Position numbers and translations under genes: made by a program. From Camelus ferus (Eukaryota), in the NCBI RefSeq assembly GCF_009834535.1, contig NC_045696.1, positions 36,334,001 to 36,398,000 of the forward strand: a DNA stretch of 64,000 nucleotides, read 5' to 3'. Every line of letters begins with the position of its first letter. Within the stretch, counting starts at the first letter, position 1. The notes under the pieces are model-generated. The model was not told where the DNA came from. It saw only the letters and a list, made by a program, of their open reading frames with translations, and did no database searches. Of this stretch, positions 36,210 through 49,381 are shown one piece after another.

Positions 36210-38050
36210 CTTGTAGTACAAATATCTTCTCCCAAATCGTGGCTTGCCTTTTTACTCTCTTTGGTGTGTTTGTTTGTTTTTTACAAAGAGAGGTTATTAC
36301 TTTTCATACCTATATTTTTCTTTATGATTAATGCTTTCTTTTTGTCCTGTTTAAGAAGTCTGTACTTTTTCTAGTACTCTGTAGTGTTACTTCTGTCATA
36401 AAGCAAATGTCCACATTAACATGGGTCTGATTTTGTTCCATTTAATTGCTTTGTCCTTGAGCTAGTACTACATTAACGTAATTACCGTAGAAATAGTATC
36501 ATAATATATAGGTAAAAATCTTCCCTTGTTTTTTGGTTTCATTTTATTTTGTTTGTTTTGTTAAGAGCATCTTGGCTATTTTTGACACCTTTGCATTTCT
36601 ATATATATTTTAGAATCAGCTTGTCAAGTTTCATGAAAAACTTGTTGAGAGTTTGATTAGAATTCTATTGTCTGTTTAGAGAGTTTAGACATTTTCCCAT
36701 TATTTCACAATATTGGTAAATTTATTAACTCTAAAAATTTGTCTATAGTTTTTTTGGATTTTCAACAAAAGCTTTCATAATTCTGTAATATATGGAAATA
36801 TATATATGTAAATTTTTCTGGACTCTGGTAATATTTTGCTTAGGATTTTTCCATTTATGTTCATAAGTAAGACTGGCTTATAATTTTTTGTTCTTAAAAT
36901 ATTCTTATTAGAGTTCAGAATCAAGGTTATTGTAGCCTCATAAAATGAATTGAAGCTCTCATTTATATACTCCAGGATAGTTTATGTAACATAGCAGTTA
37001 CTATTTTTTTCCTTGGATATTTGATAGAACCTGCAATTGAAGCCATGTGGGCCTGGAGTTTTCTTTGTGGGACGAATTTTGACCATTGGTATAGTTTCTT
37101 TAATGGTTACAAGATACTTAAAAGTTTTCTCTTTTTTTTTTTTTTAACTTTTAACATAATTTTTATCTTTAGAAGTTAAGGAACTTTATGAATATAATCA
37201 ATATAAAACATGTAAAATACTATAAAATAATAATGACATTTTAAATACATATTCATATGCACAAAGAGGCAAAATTATTTATTTTTAAATTTCCAAATAT
37301 AATCTATTAGCATTCTCATCTGGAGAAGACTCCATTTTATGGAATATTGTTGATGACAGAACACAAATATACTACTTCATTTTAAAAGTTTTCTCTTTCT
37401 TCTTGAATAAGTTCCATGAGTTTTTGAGTTTCTGTTTGTTTGTGTTTTTAGTAATTTTTCCATTTCATCCAAGTCTACAAACTTGTTGACACAGAGTTGT
37501 GCACAATATCTCATCATTAATCTTTTTAATACCTGCAGGATTTATAATGATGTCTTTTATATTTGTTAATCAAATTTTTATCAAGATTTAGCATTTGAAA
37601 CTTTGTTCATTTTTTTTTTACTGTAAATTTGTTTTCTTTTTCCAAACAATGGGGTTTTCTGGTTTTCTTTCTTATTATTTTCTTATTTTTATTATGATCA
37701 GTGAACATATGCTGTATTATGTCTGCCCTCTGAAATTTATTTTGACTTGCTTTATAGCCCTATATTAGGTTAGTTTTTGTAAATATTTTATGTTACTTTG
37801 AGAAGAATATGAATTTTACGTTTGTTTGTTAGTACAATGTTCTATATATGTCCATTTGATGAAGTTTGTTAATTTTGTTATTCAAATCCTCTATGATATT
37901 ACTTTAAAAAATGATTCTTCAGTCAATTATTGAATGAGATGTATATGATTTGGATTGGTACATTTCTCCTTGCAGTTCTGTCATGTTTCACTTTATATAT
38001 TTGAAGGCCATGTTATTAGTAGCATACAAATTTCATTTTGTTAATGGTTT
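36210..38050 (-). mobile_element. Fragmented old L1 ORF2 (antisense to NSUN3)
   Basis: ttttagaatcagcttgtcaagtttc...; gtagcctcataaaatgaattg...; gaagccatgtgggcctggagttttctttgtggg. Confidence 0.75.
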
Positions 38051-41000
38051 TTGTACTAACTTCAGAAAGTTTAGGGGCCACCCTTTTTGGCTATTAAAAA
38101 GTATGGCTCTACTTAATCTTGAGCTCGACAGCACTGTTTCTATTTGTTTTAATTGTCTGTGCTTTTGAATAATATTTAATTTGAATAGCTTATTCTATAA
38201 TCTAACACAACTATTAATGTATACAGTGGGGAGCTGCTGAAGTATTTTTAATAATGGAATGACATGATTACATTTATATTACAAAGATTTATAGATTCTA
38301 TATGAAGAATGGATAGAAGGGAGCAAACAGAGAAAGGAAAGCTAATAAGGAAGTTATTGAAAGTTTCAAAGTGATGATTATCAGTGGGTTAATGTTAGAA
38401 CACAAAGGCATTCAAAAGATGATACTTAAGCATTTTATTAACTCATCATAGTTGAGTCAGTTTGTAAAATACCACTGTTGTTAGCAAGAATTTAAATTAT
38501 TTTTTCTTAATAAATTGAAAAGCCTCTAATGGATAGCAAACATAATGAAACTGAGCAAATAATTTTAATAGTAAGTATATAATAAGTATTTGAAAAATGG
38601 GAGCACATACATTTTTCTATTTTAAAAATGTTGAATTTTTTTTTTTTTAATTTCTAAATAGTGACAGAAGAGTATAGCAGAGGATGATGTGGCTATTTTT
38701 GACTTGGGAGGAAGTGCTTCTTTGTCATTTGAGTATTCCTGATTGTCACTTGTTGATCTATGTTATTTTCACCTCTCTTAAATCTTCTGAATCTTCTTTC
38801 TGCTGGGAACAATGACTTTTACAATCCAAAAGATTTGACCTGAGGCTGCGAAGGCGAGATTAGACCAGCCTGTCCATCAGGAGCCTCTGTGACTCTTTTT
38901 ACTTCCATCAGATTGATTTTCCTGGCAGTTGGCCTCATTCTGACAGTCGCTACAGGTATCTGAACTTGCCATGCTACTGACCTAAATGGAGTCACTAAAA
39001 TGCCTTTAGTAAACTTTATGGGCTTTTAATTCTTTTATAACCTGGCCACTACAGGAGTCAAATGATTTCATTCTTTAGTAGGAGATAGCTGTTGTCTTTC
39101 TCCAAAGAGTTATTTACAGGACAGTTGTTTTCAGACTCTACTCTGTAAATATATAGGGTTCCTGTAGCATTGTTTTAGGAGCATTATTTTAGGTCTTGAG
39201 GGATAATCCGGAGAGCCTCTTAGTTCACCACAGCAAATCCAAGTAGAGCCATAGTCTTTCCATCCGGTTAAACCTGTAGGATTTTATTTGAAGGAAGTTT
39301 CTGGTTCCAGAAAAAAAAAAAGTCTGAAAAACTGCTTTTAATCAGTGATAAACGATCTGTTCATTTTGCCATGGGCCAAAATCAAGTCAATTCTGGTGGT
39401 TTTCTTGAAAGCTTTTTAGTTCTTTTCCCTTGTATGAGTGAAGGGACTAGATCAAAGACCCTATCGTAAAGTTAGGCAGGCCTAATGTGGTCTGTCATCA
39501 CTCTTCTCTATTTTAAGCAACACAGAACTGGTTTCCTTATGTTCAGTCTCAGCAGAGAGCTTTTAATTCCTAACCCACCCCCCATACCCATCCTAATGAA
39601 GTAATTAACTGTTGAGAAGATGTACTAAACTTGTACATCTTATCTTGTACAAGTAGAAATCGATAACAAATTTGTTAAAACTTGTCATTTGTAATCTATT
39701 TCATGGGTGTTTAGTGTCATTGCTCTACTGGTACTATGTAAAAAATAATCTCTTCTTCAAGGTAAAAACTTACTGCCGGTAGACAGAAGATATTATCAGC
39801 ATAGTTTTGTTTCTTAGGCTGACAAAGGAATAGCTGCTGGATATGGTGTCTCTGAAAGTAGCAATCTCAGTCATGTTTCTTTATCTTGAATTTACAGAAC
39901 TTTTTTGATAATAAACAGTTTGATATCTAGAAATTTGATTACTTACTGTGAGCACAGTGAAGATTACCCTCAAGGCTTGTAAAATAATACTTTTAAAACT
40001 GATGATAGCACTGGGTAGCTATCAACCTAGAAATATCTGTGTTTTAGATGCTTATAGTACCTGAAACTTAATTTTGCATCTGCGTTTATTTGATAGATTG
40101 TACATGGACTTCAACTTTTCACCTTAATGTTTTCTTTGATTGTAGTACATAATAGTGGTAGGGTTTTTTTATTTGCTTTCTTGCCCAGACTGCTGCTTGC
40201 CAGCAGAAGTAGTAAACTGATACAGAGTGATATGTTGAGAAATAAGCAGTGGGAAAATGAAAGAAATGGGAATTGCTGAAAAGGTACAAAAAATGAAAAA
40301 TTGGAAAGGAATACTAGAAGCCAACAGTGTAACATGGAAAAAAAAAAAGAAATGGTAAGAAAAAGTAAATGAAACAGAACTCCCTGAAATGCTTAAAGGA
40401 AGAAAAGATATGAAATACAGTGGAATTAAACATTTAGGGTTGAGGGCAGACAAAAAAGGGAACAATTTAGACATAAAAATTTTGCAGAACTCGTAACAGT
40501 TGGTTAAAAGTATGTTTTTGGGTTTTTTTTTTTACCATTTTTAAAATTATCTTGTAGTAATTAAATGTTTCTATTTGTATAGCAAATTAGGCTAATATAT
40601 TTTTTTAAAGAGTAGATTTATTTTCTTCCTTTTAAATCAGTCTTCCTGCTCCCCTCCCCCTGGCCCCAACTTCCTTTGTTAGATTTCCCTTATGGTACTA
40701 GAAAAGCAGTGTCAGGGATTACATTCGTTTTTTAAATATGTCTTAACAGCATTTTTGGTACCACATATTTCAACTTTAAAATAGTGATCATGGTTTTCTT
40801 TAGAGTCACATTCACTTACTAGAAGTTACCAAACTGTTGCACTCAATGAGAAATGACAGCACAATTGCTAAGCAGTAACATTCATTAACAGATTATTTTT
40901 ACTTTCTATAGGAGTTATCTGTTGATGGCAAGAGGAAAAATATTTTTTTCTCATTTTTATAAATTACTTGTTGGCAAAAGCTTTATTTTTTCTAAATAAG

Positions 41001-41159
41001 GCTTCTGGCCTCTATCATTTCCATCTGTTCTATAACGTGAGAGTTGTAGGTTGCTTGAGCTGTTCCCTACTCAGACTTTTTGAGCATTAGTTGCAATTCA
41101 GTATATTTCTTTGTTTTTCACTGGAAAGTTCTCTGATTGACCCACCTCTTGATTAAGGT

Positions 41160-42400
41160 GACATTCATTCACTTATTTAATAAGCAATTTTTGAGAGTAT
41201 ACTTTCTAGTTATGTAATATATAAAAAATACAAAACGAATATAGCATAAACCCTGTTTTCAAGGAGCTGAAAATTTCTTGCTTGGGAAAAACAGAAGAGG
41301 GAGGAATTCCATAAGGAATCAGTGAAGGTTTCAGAGACTATGAGCTTTGAGGTGTGTCTGGAAAGATGAATACAAGTTCATCTGCTCAAAAGGAAACTGA
41401 AAACTAGTATATGTAAGCATTAAAACCTAGTAAACATCTAGAAAAATGGGACAAAGAATCATCATGGATCTTCATGATTATCAGAGATCCAGGTCCTGTC
41501 TGTCTTTTAACTCATGATCCAGAGTGACAATTCCAACTCTTACTGCTTAATCTGCATTGCAGCTGGTAGGAAGGAGCACACCTCACATTACTTCCACGCA
41601 CATCTTACGGGTCAGACTCAGTCATCTTTAGTGAAAGCCAGTTTAGGAAATTAGTCTTAGCTAATGTCCAACTAAAAATTCCATTACTACAGAAGTGAGA
41701 GCAGATATTGAAGAACACTTAGCAGTGTCTGTCACAAGCTAGAAACTCCTTGATCAAATAACAAAGTATGCAAAGAAAATTAACAAGAAAATCCTTCAGT
41801 GAGAAAGCCAATATGAAAGATTTTACAGTAATCAAGAAATAGATGACAAAAGCCTTAACTAAGTGAATGGGAAGGGAATAGAGATGTGTGATCAGATTTG
41901 CAAGATATTTTCAATAGAGAATTAATAGAATTTGGATAGTTGATTGGCTCTGGGATGGGAAGAAAAGGAAAGTGCCGAGGACAGCTGGTTAAGAGTATGA
42001 GCTGTTTAGAGTTTTATTGCAAAGATTTGAATCCTTGTTTGGACCCTTACTGAGTGGCCTTGTACAAGTTGCTTAATCCTCTTGCCTTAGTTGCCTTATC
42101 TGCATAGTGAGAATTATAATAATTCGTGTCCCAGAACTTAATTGAAAGATTGAGTGAGATAACATGTGTAAAACATCTAACTTTAGGGAAAAAGATAAAC
42201 CACGGATAAAGTTATAGGGAAGACTGATATTTAAGGGGTAGGAAGAAGAAGAAACGTAGTTAAGGAGGCTAGAAGGGAACTTCAGAGAAGTAGGAGATGA
42301 CCAAAAAAAGAGTAGTGCCCAGGAAGACAAAGTGGGAGAAAGTTTCTTAAAGTTGAGGATGAATGACAGAATCAAATAGTGTGATGAGGTGAAGGCTGAA
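41160..42400 (-). mobile_element. L2 fragments with nested MLT1-like LTR (~41450-41735) and MIR (~41985-42180)
   Basis: cattcattcacttatttaataagca L2 tail; MIR core ctggttaagagtatgagct...gttgcttaatcctcttgccttagtt. Confidence 0.55.
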
Positions 42401-42984
42401 AATAAACCTCCTAACTTAGGCTAGCTTTGGACTCATTTTATCAGCAAGCTTCTGAGGAAAACAGATATTTTAATCTACCATTTGGGGTTGTGGAAACAAA
42501 ATTTAGTTAAAGGAATTACCAGATTATTTGGAATTTGGAATGACTACCAGATTACTCCAAATTATTTGGAATTTTAATGAAGGAGTAAAGTACCTGTGAG
42601 TTTCTAACCATTGAGTGTAATTTGTTAAAATTCTTTAAAACTGTGATCTCGATGTCAATCTGAAATGAAGGGGTTCAAATTATGTTTCAGCATGAGGTAT
42701 TTGCTTTCATTTACCTCATCATAAATTCAGTGCAGTAGCGCTTTGATCAGTGAAGGTTATAGTCTCTATAAAGGAGCAGGTAGCCAAGATTCTCAGGTCA
42801 TAGCTTCAGACCTACTAATTCTTAGTTCCTTTGTATTAGAAGTGCCTAAAAGTCCATACTTACTCTTTATCTTCAATGAGTATTTGGGACAGTTGGGATA
42901 GTAAAATGTATACATGTGGCATCCTCTGTCTTATTGCCCCAGATTCTGTACTTATTTTAGCAGTTACAATATTTGCTTCAGGGT

Positions 42985-43220
42985 ATACAGCAGTGGTAAA
43001 GCTTGCAGTCCTTTTCCTGGTGTTAGATTAGGGTGGCCGTCTTTGTGCTGCATTAATTACCTGTGTAACTTCAGGCAGGTGACTGAGTCTTTGTGACCCT
43101 CCATTTGATAAATTGGGTCAGACTATTTACCCTGTACACCTCATAAGGTTTTATTAAGACGTCCTGTGTGAAGTGCTCTTTAAATTAAGCACCAAATAAA
43201 CATAAGGTAATGTTATTAAT
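42985..43220 (+). mobile_element. MIR SINE
   Basis: cagcagtggtaaagc...ctgtgtaacttcaggcaggtgactgagtctttgtg...gtgtgaagtgctctt. Confidence 0.6.
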
Positions 43221-45091
43221 TAGGCTGATCACTTGTCCTTCACTTGGTTAACATAGGAATCAGCATCTCATTTGAGTCTTGGACCAGATCCACATTCCTG
43301 TTAATTCAGGAATATTCTATCCTAAAGGAAGAGTTAGAATTTCCTCAAGGGTATGTGTGCAGTGGCCTCTAGAAACATTTCACCTTTTCAGTTTTGGATT
43401 CAGTTTTTGTCAGTAAACTTGAGCAGTAAGATACAAGGATTGCCAGTAGTTTCCATACATTTTTCACATTGTTAAGTACACAACTGTTTTTCTTTTTTAC
43501 ATAAGTTGCACATAACCTTATAAAGTAGCCTTATATAGAACTTCTGAAGTGTTTCTTGAATATTATATGGTTACAAGGGACCAACTGCAAGATTGATGCT
43601 CCTACGCTCATTTTAATTTTTTTTTAAGTTACTACATTCTTACTTGGCTTAAAAAATATTTAATGCTAGAGTTTCTAAGATGAGTGGAATAAGCCTGCTA
43701 ATATTGTGGCAATAAAGGAATTTTAAAGTCTATTTCACTTGATTACTTCCTCATATTTATATCTGAAAGAATGGTAGATGTTGCCTTGATGCTTTAGCGG
43801 TGATAGAAGGGACATGAAGAAAATGAGGAATAAATATATTAATCACAGTAGTGTTTAGCTGTAATCTTAATTATTCAAGAATACAGACATCTATGGTTGT
43901 TTTACCTCTGCACCAGAAGTTGTTACAGGAGAGACAGTGCCTGTACCTTCAAACATGTTACAGGAAGATATAAAAAGAAAATGCTTATCCCTTGATGGTA
44001 AGTCATAAGAGTTAAAATAAGTTAAAATAAAAGAAACTTTTTCTGCTTTGGTCAAAAGATGGCACTATTGCTGTGCTGATTGTTTTCTCCTGCAGTTTGG
44101 GCTGAGTATTTTTAAATGCGGAGAACAGTTAAAATTAGTGATCTCATTAACACTGACCCTTCCAACGGAATGCCAAATTTCTAACTAAGGGCCAGAGGAG
44201 TAGACCAGAAAAACGGAATTTATATTTTTAAAATGTGGCAGGTTGTTTTAATAGTAATTTGTAAAAATAACATTCTCTGAGACTCAGATTTACCAGAGGA
44301 ACAATAGATCACCCTGCATCATGTTTTCAATTTTGGTTAAGTTGGAAATGCCCTCCCTTTGGACCTTTGATAACTGTCAGGGTTCAAAGACATTTTGGGG
44401 TTTTGTTTTGTTTTGTTTTTAGTTTTTAAAGGTCATTGAACTTATTCTTTCATTAAGGCAATACTTTTTTTTTTCTTCAAGGTGTTAAAATCAGGTCATC
44501 ATTTTTCTTTTATTTTCCTCGGTCATTATATTTTACTAGTTAGTAGTTGTAAGACTTAGTGAACTAGTCTGGAAAAGTAAAGGTAGACTCTTTTTTTGCT
44601 GGGAAAGCAGCATGATTTCATTTTATTTCTAAGCCAGTATTATATAAATGGCTCTTGGGGCTTGATTCTCTGTCTTTCCTCTAAGCAGATCTTTCAAGGA
44701 TAGAGAAATTCAGTGAAAAGCACTGAACAGAATGATAAAATGAGCTCTTGAAAAAAATGGCTTTATTATTGATTGTACAAAGTGTTCTCTAAAAGATACA
44801 GACAAATCAAAACACTTTTGGGAGGGGGCAGTGGGGAAGAACCCTTGCTGTATTGAGAGAACACAAAAGTCCAGTTTTTTTTTCTTACTTTATATTAGAA
44901 TAAGGAAATACTGATGGACTCCTGCATATAGATGGCAGATTTGCCTGTCTGCTGCTTTTTAAAGTTAACGTGTAAATGATTTCCTTTAAAACTATTTAAA
45001 TTTCATCAAATAACTGTGGCTAGTTTATCATGTAGATACAGTACAGAAGATACTTTATATAATTTTGCATTATAACTCATTTGAATCTAAA

Positions 45092-45417
45092 ATACAAGTC
45101 CAAAATCTTATTCAAAATCTTCGAGGCCAGATGTGTTTGAGAATTCTGATTTTGTTTTTAAGGTGATAGAGTACGTATTTGGTATATCACCTCAACCACT
45201 TCCCTCAGTAGGGTCTAGGACAGCACCCTATAATCAAACATTAATACGTATTCAGCAAAACATTTGACTAGTTATACCACATGGGCTCATTCTTGACCGT
45301 AAATGGCCTCACATCAATTTTGAGGCCAAATGAATCTGCCACAAACTTCAGAAAAAAGCTGTAGTCTGCAGAGTTTTTTGGATTTCACAGTGGAGTGTAA
45401 GAGGTAGAGACCTGAAG
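45092..45417. mobile_element. TcMar-Tigger MITE (Tigger12-like)
   Basis: ta-caagtccaaaatcttattcaaaatcttcgaggccagatgtgtttgagaattc...gagttttttggatttc...gacctg. Confidence 0.55.
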
Positions 45418-46457
45418 TACCATTCAGGTGTTCTCTGTGAACTGCCAAAAATCAGTTAAGGTTTTCTGTTTGTAAATGGGGAAAATTTCTTACAACCAAA
45501 TTAGGAAGGACAGTCTCTCTCTTCTCTTTCTCCTTCCCACCCCTTTCCTTCCTCACCTTCCTCCTTCTCACTCAGCCTGACCCCACCACCCCAGTTGCAT
45601 GTACCGAAGCTTCCAAGTTTTCTCAGTTTTCAGTCATTTAATTTCTTCTGTCCCTTCTTACTTCTCTCTGGAGTCTCCTCTCCTAATCTGGAGTAGTTAA
45701 CCCCTAAGGGCTCCCATGCATTTATCATTCTGGGGCTTCACCCCCTCTCTGTTCTCCTGTGTTGCATTCACTGTTTTCTGTGACACATTTCTCCTCTTTC
45801 TTGATTTACCTCCTTGTTTTGCTAGAGGTAAGATTTCTGAGTCATCAGATATCTGAAAGCTTCTGTCTCCCTCCTATGTATTTATCTGACCGTGTGGCAG
45901 TAAATAGCATACACTTTAAATGGCTTTTTCCCCAGGATTTGTAGCGCACTACTCCCCTGATGCCGGTCTGATTCCTGGACCCTTATAGGGATCAGTTTTT
46001 CTCTCTGGAGGCATTTACCATTCTCTCTTTGTTCTTGAAGTCTCAAATTTAACAATAATGCATCTAGGTGTGGATGTTTTCCATTCATTACGAGGTTAAA
46101 GTTTTTACTGTGTTACATAAGACCCTCTCCTCTTAGCTCTCTGAACTCATCTCATGCTGCCACCACCTTCCTTCCTGTGCCGCAGCCACACTGGCTTCCG
46201 CGTTCCTCAGACATGGCCAGGGGTCTCGGCACTGGCTATTCCTTTTGTATGGGATGCCCTTCCCCTTAGATATCTATATGGTCCACTCCCGTACCTCCTC
46301 GGGTCTTTGTTCAGTTGTCACTTCCTGAAGTGTCATTCTATTCTAATTATCCTACTTAAAATTGCAATCCCCCTCACCATCTGAGCACTCCTAATCCTCT
46401 TACCTTGATTTAATTTTCTTCATAGCACCTATCGCTAAATAAAAAATATATGCAAAC

Positions 46458-47295
46458 TGTGATATTGTGAATATATATTTGATCTTTGCTTCTGGCTCCA
46501 GACCAGAGCTCATAAAACCCTTGTAATTTCCTAAATGATAAGAATGTAAGAGTGATAGGAATGTCTTTTTTTTTTTTTTTTTATACCTGGTTTTGGTAAG
46601 GGTGAAAGGAGCCACTTTTGTTATTCATAGTAAGCTCTTTTCAACTATACCTGAGTTTATGTTAATGAGTTGACTTTTGAACAGTCCCTAAGGATGGGGG
46701 ACTAATTGCCAAGTTGCCAGGGGAGCCAACTGTGTAATTAGAGGGTTGGAACTTTCAGTGCCACCCTCTCCCCACTTTAGGGAGGAGGAGAGGGGCTGGA
46801 GATTGAGCTCAATCACCAGTGGCCAGTGATTTAATCAATTATGCCTGCTTAATGAAACTTCTATAAAAAACCACCACTAAAGAGATTTGGCGGGTTTGCA
46901 GGATGGAGAGAAGGTACTGGGAGGGTGGTGTGTCTGGAGAGGGCACAGGAGCTCTGCACCCTTCTCCCAGATTTTGCCCTGTGTATTTCTTCCATCTGGT
47001 TGTTCTGAACTGTGTCTTTAAATAATAAATCAGTAGTGTAGTAAGTAACTGTTTTTCCTGAGTTCTGAGAGCCAATCTAGCAAATTATTTAACCCAAAGA
47101 GGGCGTTTGGGGAACTCCCAGTTTATGCTGGTGAGTCAGAAATACCAGAGACTTGGACTTGCAGTTGGCATTTGAAGGGCAATCTTGTGGGATCTGATGC
47201 TAACGCCAGGTGTATAGTGTCAGAATTGAATTAAATTGTAGTACCTGCAGTCATCGTTTTCAGAGAATTGGAGGTTTGCTAGGTGAGGGAAAAAC
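46458..47295 (+). mobile_element. ERVL LTR, MER21-like
   Basis: tgtgatattgtgaatatatatttgatctttg...gagctcataaaacccttgtaatttcct...gagggttggaactttcag...AATAAA...ctgagttctgagagccaatctagcaaatt. Confidence 0.8.
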
Positions 47296-47396
47296 ATACA
47301 TGCAAACACACACCCATATATACATATATATGTGTATATGTAATTACATGTGTATATGTGTGTGTTTATATGCATATGTGTGTGCATATATGTGTA
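47296..47396 (+). repeat. (CA/TA/TG) low-complexity tract
   Basis: catacatgcaaacacacacccatatatacatatatatgtgtatatg... seen directly. Confidence 0.8.
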
Positions 47397-47403
47397 AGTT
47401 CTT

Positions 47404-47782
47404 CGTATTAGTTTGCTAGGACTACTATACACAGTTCTACAGATTGAATAGCTTAAACAACAGAAATTTACTTTCTCACAGTTCTAAAGCTGGCAGTCTG
47501 AGATCAAGGTGTCCACAGCGTTAGTTTCTTCTGAGGCCTCTATGCTTGGATATCTCTTTTCTCCCTGGGTCTTCACTGGGTCTTCCCTCTTTAATTCTGT
47601 GTTCATATTGCCTCTTCTTATAAGGACACCAGACATATTGGATTAGGGCCCATCCTAATGATCTTGTTTTAAACTCAGTTACCTCTTTAAAGATATTATC
47701 TCCAAATACAGTCACATTCTGCGGTACTGGACATTAGGACTTCAACACATGAATTTTGAAGGGTACAATTCAGCCGATGACA
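47404..47782 (-). mobile_element. MLT1A/B-like MaLR LTR
   Basis: gtattagtttgctagg...cttaaacaacagaaatttactttctcacagttct...ggattagggccc...gaattttgaagggtacaattcagccgatgaca. Confidence 0.85.
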
Positions 47783-47784
47783 GA

Positions 47785-47935
47785 CTTACTTATTTTTTAT
47801 AGTCTATCTTCTCCGGCTAGAATGTAAGCCTCATGAAGGTGGAGTTTTTTGTTGTTGTTTCTCTATTTCAGTATATACCCAACATCTAGAACAATGCCCA
47901 GCAACATAATAGATGCTGAATGAATAATAATGAAT
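47785..47935 (+). mobile_element. L2 3' end (continuation of the L2 at ~46090-46440, split by LTRs)
   Basis: ctagaatgtaagcctcatgaagg...ctagaacaatgcccagca...tgctgaatgaataaatatgaatg. Confidence 0.7.
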
Positions 47936-48695
47936 GTCGTGGCCTTTTGATGAGTTATTTTAATCTGAACACGTCTATTCTTTTCATCTCTGAAAAGTTC
48001 TCTTCTTATTATTTCACTAATTCAAGTCCTCCTCCCCCCCAGTTCTCTGTAATATTTTCCCTATACTCCTATCAGTTGAACTTTGGACCTACTTGATTGA
48101 TCTTCCCTGTCTCATTTTCAATATGTTATTCTGCTTTTTTTTGGAAGATTTTTCAACCTTAACTTCCAAACACTTCTACAAAACATTCTTTATTGTGGTA
48201 AACATATATTTCATTCCTAAGAGCCCTCTTCTTGGTCCTGTTTGATGGCATTCTGTTATTGTTTCATGGGTGCTGTATTTTTGCTGATCTTTCTGCATTT
48301 ACTAGGTCTTGTTATGTCTCTCTTGTTCCCTGAATTTTCTGTTCCTTTGTAGGACATTTTTTGTTTGTTTCTTTTCTTATCTCACATATTACTTAAGCAT
48401 TTCTTATTCTTAATTATCCTTCATTGCCCATTTTTATTTAATAATGGGACAATACTAGGAGGTTTACGTTAGGGATGAGACTTTTTTGCCTGGTGATGTC
48501 ACTTTATGATTTGCTGAATACGCAGATCTTTGTTTTGGGGTAGTGAACACTCACAGCGGCTGCCTTAATTAGGTCTCCCTAAACAGTTTATTCAACTTCC
48601 TTAGATAAAAACCTTCCAACTTTTTACGTGGCTGCCCAGCTTGCCATCTGTGGGAGTCTGGAATCCATGATTTCATATATTCTTCAAATTAATAT

Positions 48696-48858
48696 TTTGT
48701 TTTGTTTTGTTTTGTGTTTTGTTTTTTGGGCGTGAGGTAATTAGGTTTATTTATTTATTATTTTATTTCTTTTTTTAATGGAGGTACTCGGGGTTGAACC
48801 CAGGATCTCATGCATGCTAATAAGCATGCAGTCTACCACTGAGCTATACCCTCCTCTC
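48696..48858 (-). mobile_element. Camelid vic-1-type SINE with 11-bp TSD
   Basis: gaggtaattaggtttattt...ggaggtactcggggttgaacccaggatctcatgcatgc...ctaccactgagctataccctcc; TSD caaattaatat at 48685-48695 and 48859-48869. Confidence 0.9.
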
Positions 48859-49337
48859 CAAATTAATATCTTTGTTTTTACTTTTTACTCCCATCACATT
48901 TCATCTGGCTTTTCCAAGTTCCAAACCCCTCTGTAGTTTGGGAGGTCAAATTCATGCCCTCTGTGACTGTAGTCCTCTTCATTTGCTACTATTTCTCTGT
49001 CTGCATATCATCTTTCAAAAATGTATTGAAATTCACTGTTAATAATTCTCTCTATCCTTTTTACTTCATTGTTTTGAGTTAGTATTTTTTTCACATTATA
49101 TTTAAGTGTGTCTAAAGAAGGAGAGAAAAACCTTGTTATAAGTTTGATTGCCTTGAGTTAGAATTCTTCGATCCTTTAATAATTGAACATTGAAAGCAGA
49201 ATTTGAACTTACTCTGATGTTGTGGATCTTTATTATAAACCTCAGTTATTGGTATGTGCTCTTGTTTCTTAAATATAAGTATGAGACAGGGCTGAGTGCA
49301 TGCTTAAATCCAGTAGAGGTCTGGAACATGATTTCTT

Positions 49338-49381
49338 AAAAAAAAAAGGAGGAGGAGGAGGAGGAGGAAGAGGAGAAGAAG
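49338..49381 (+). repeat. A-run plus (GGA)n purine tract
   Basis: aaaaaaaaaaggaggaggaggaggaggaagaggagaagaag. Confidence 0.85.

Noticed and set aside
38680..38790. Possible intronic C/D-box snoRNA (GGATGATG...CTGA)
   Set aside because: The C box is imperfect (no RTGATGA) and I saw no terminal stem.
42515..42575. Degenerate direct repeats with a tccaaattatttgga near-palindrome
   Set aside because: Short local slippage duplication; no array or spacer structure.
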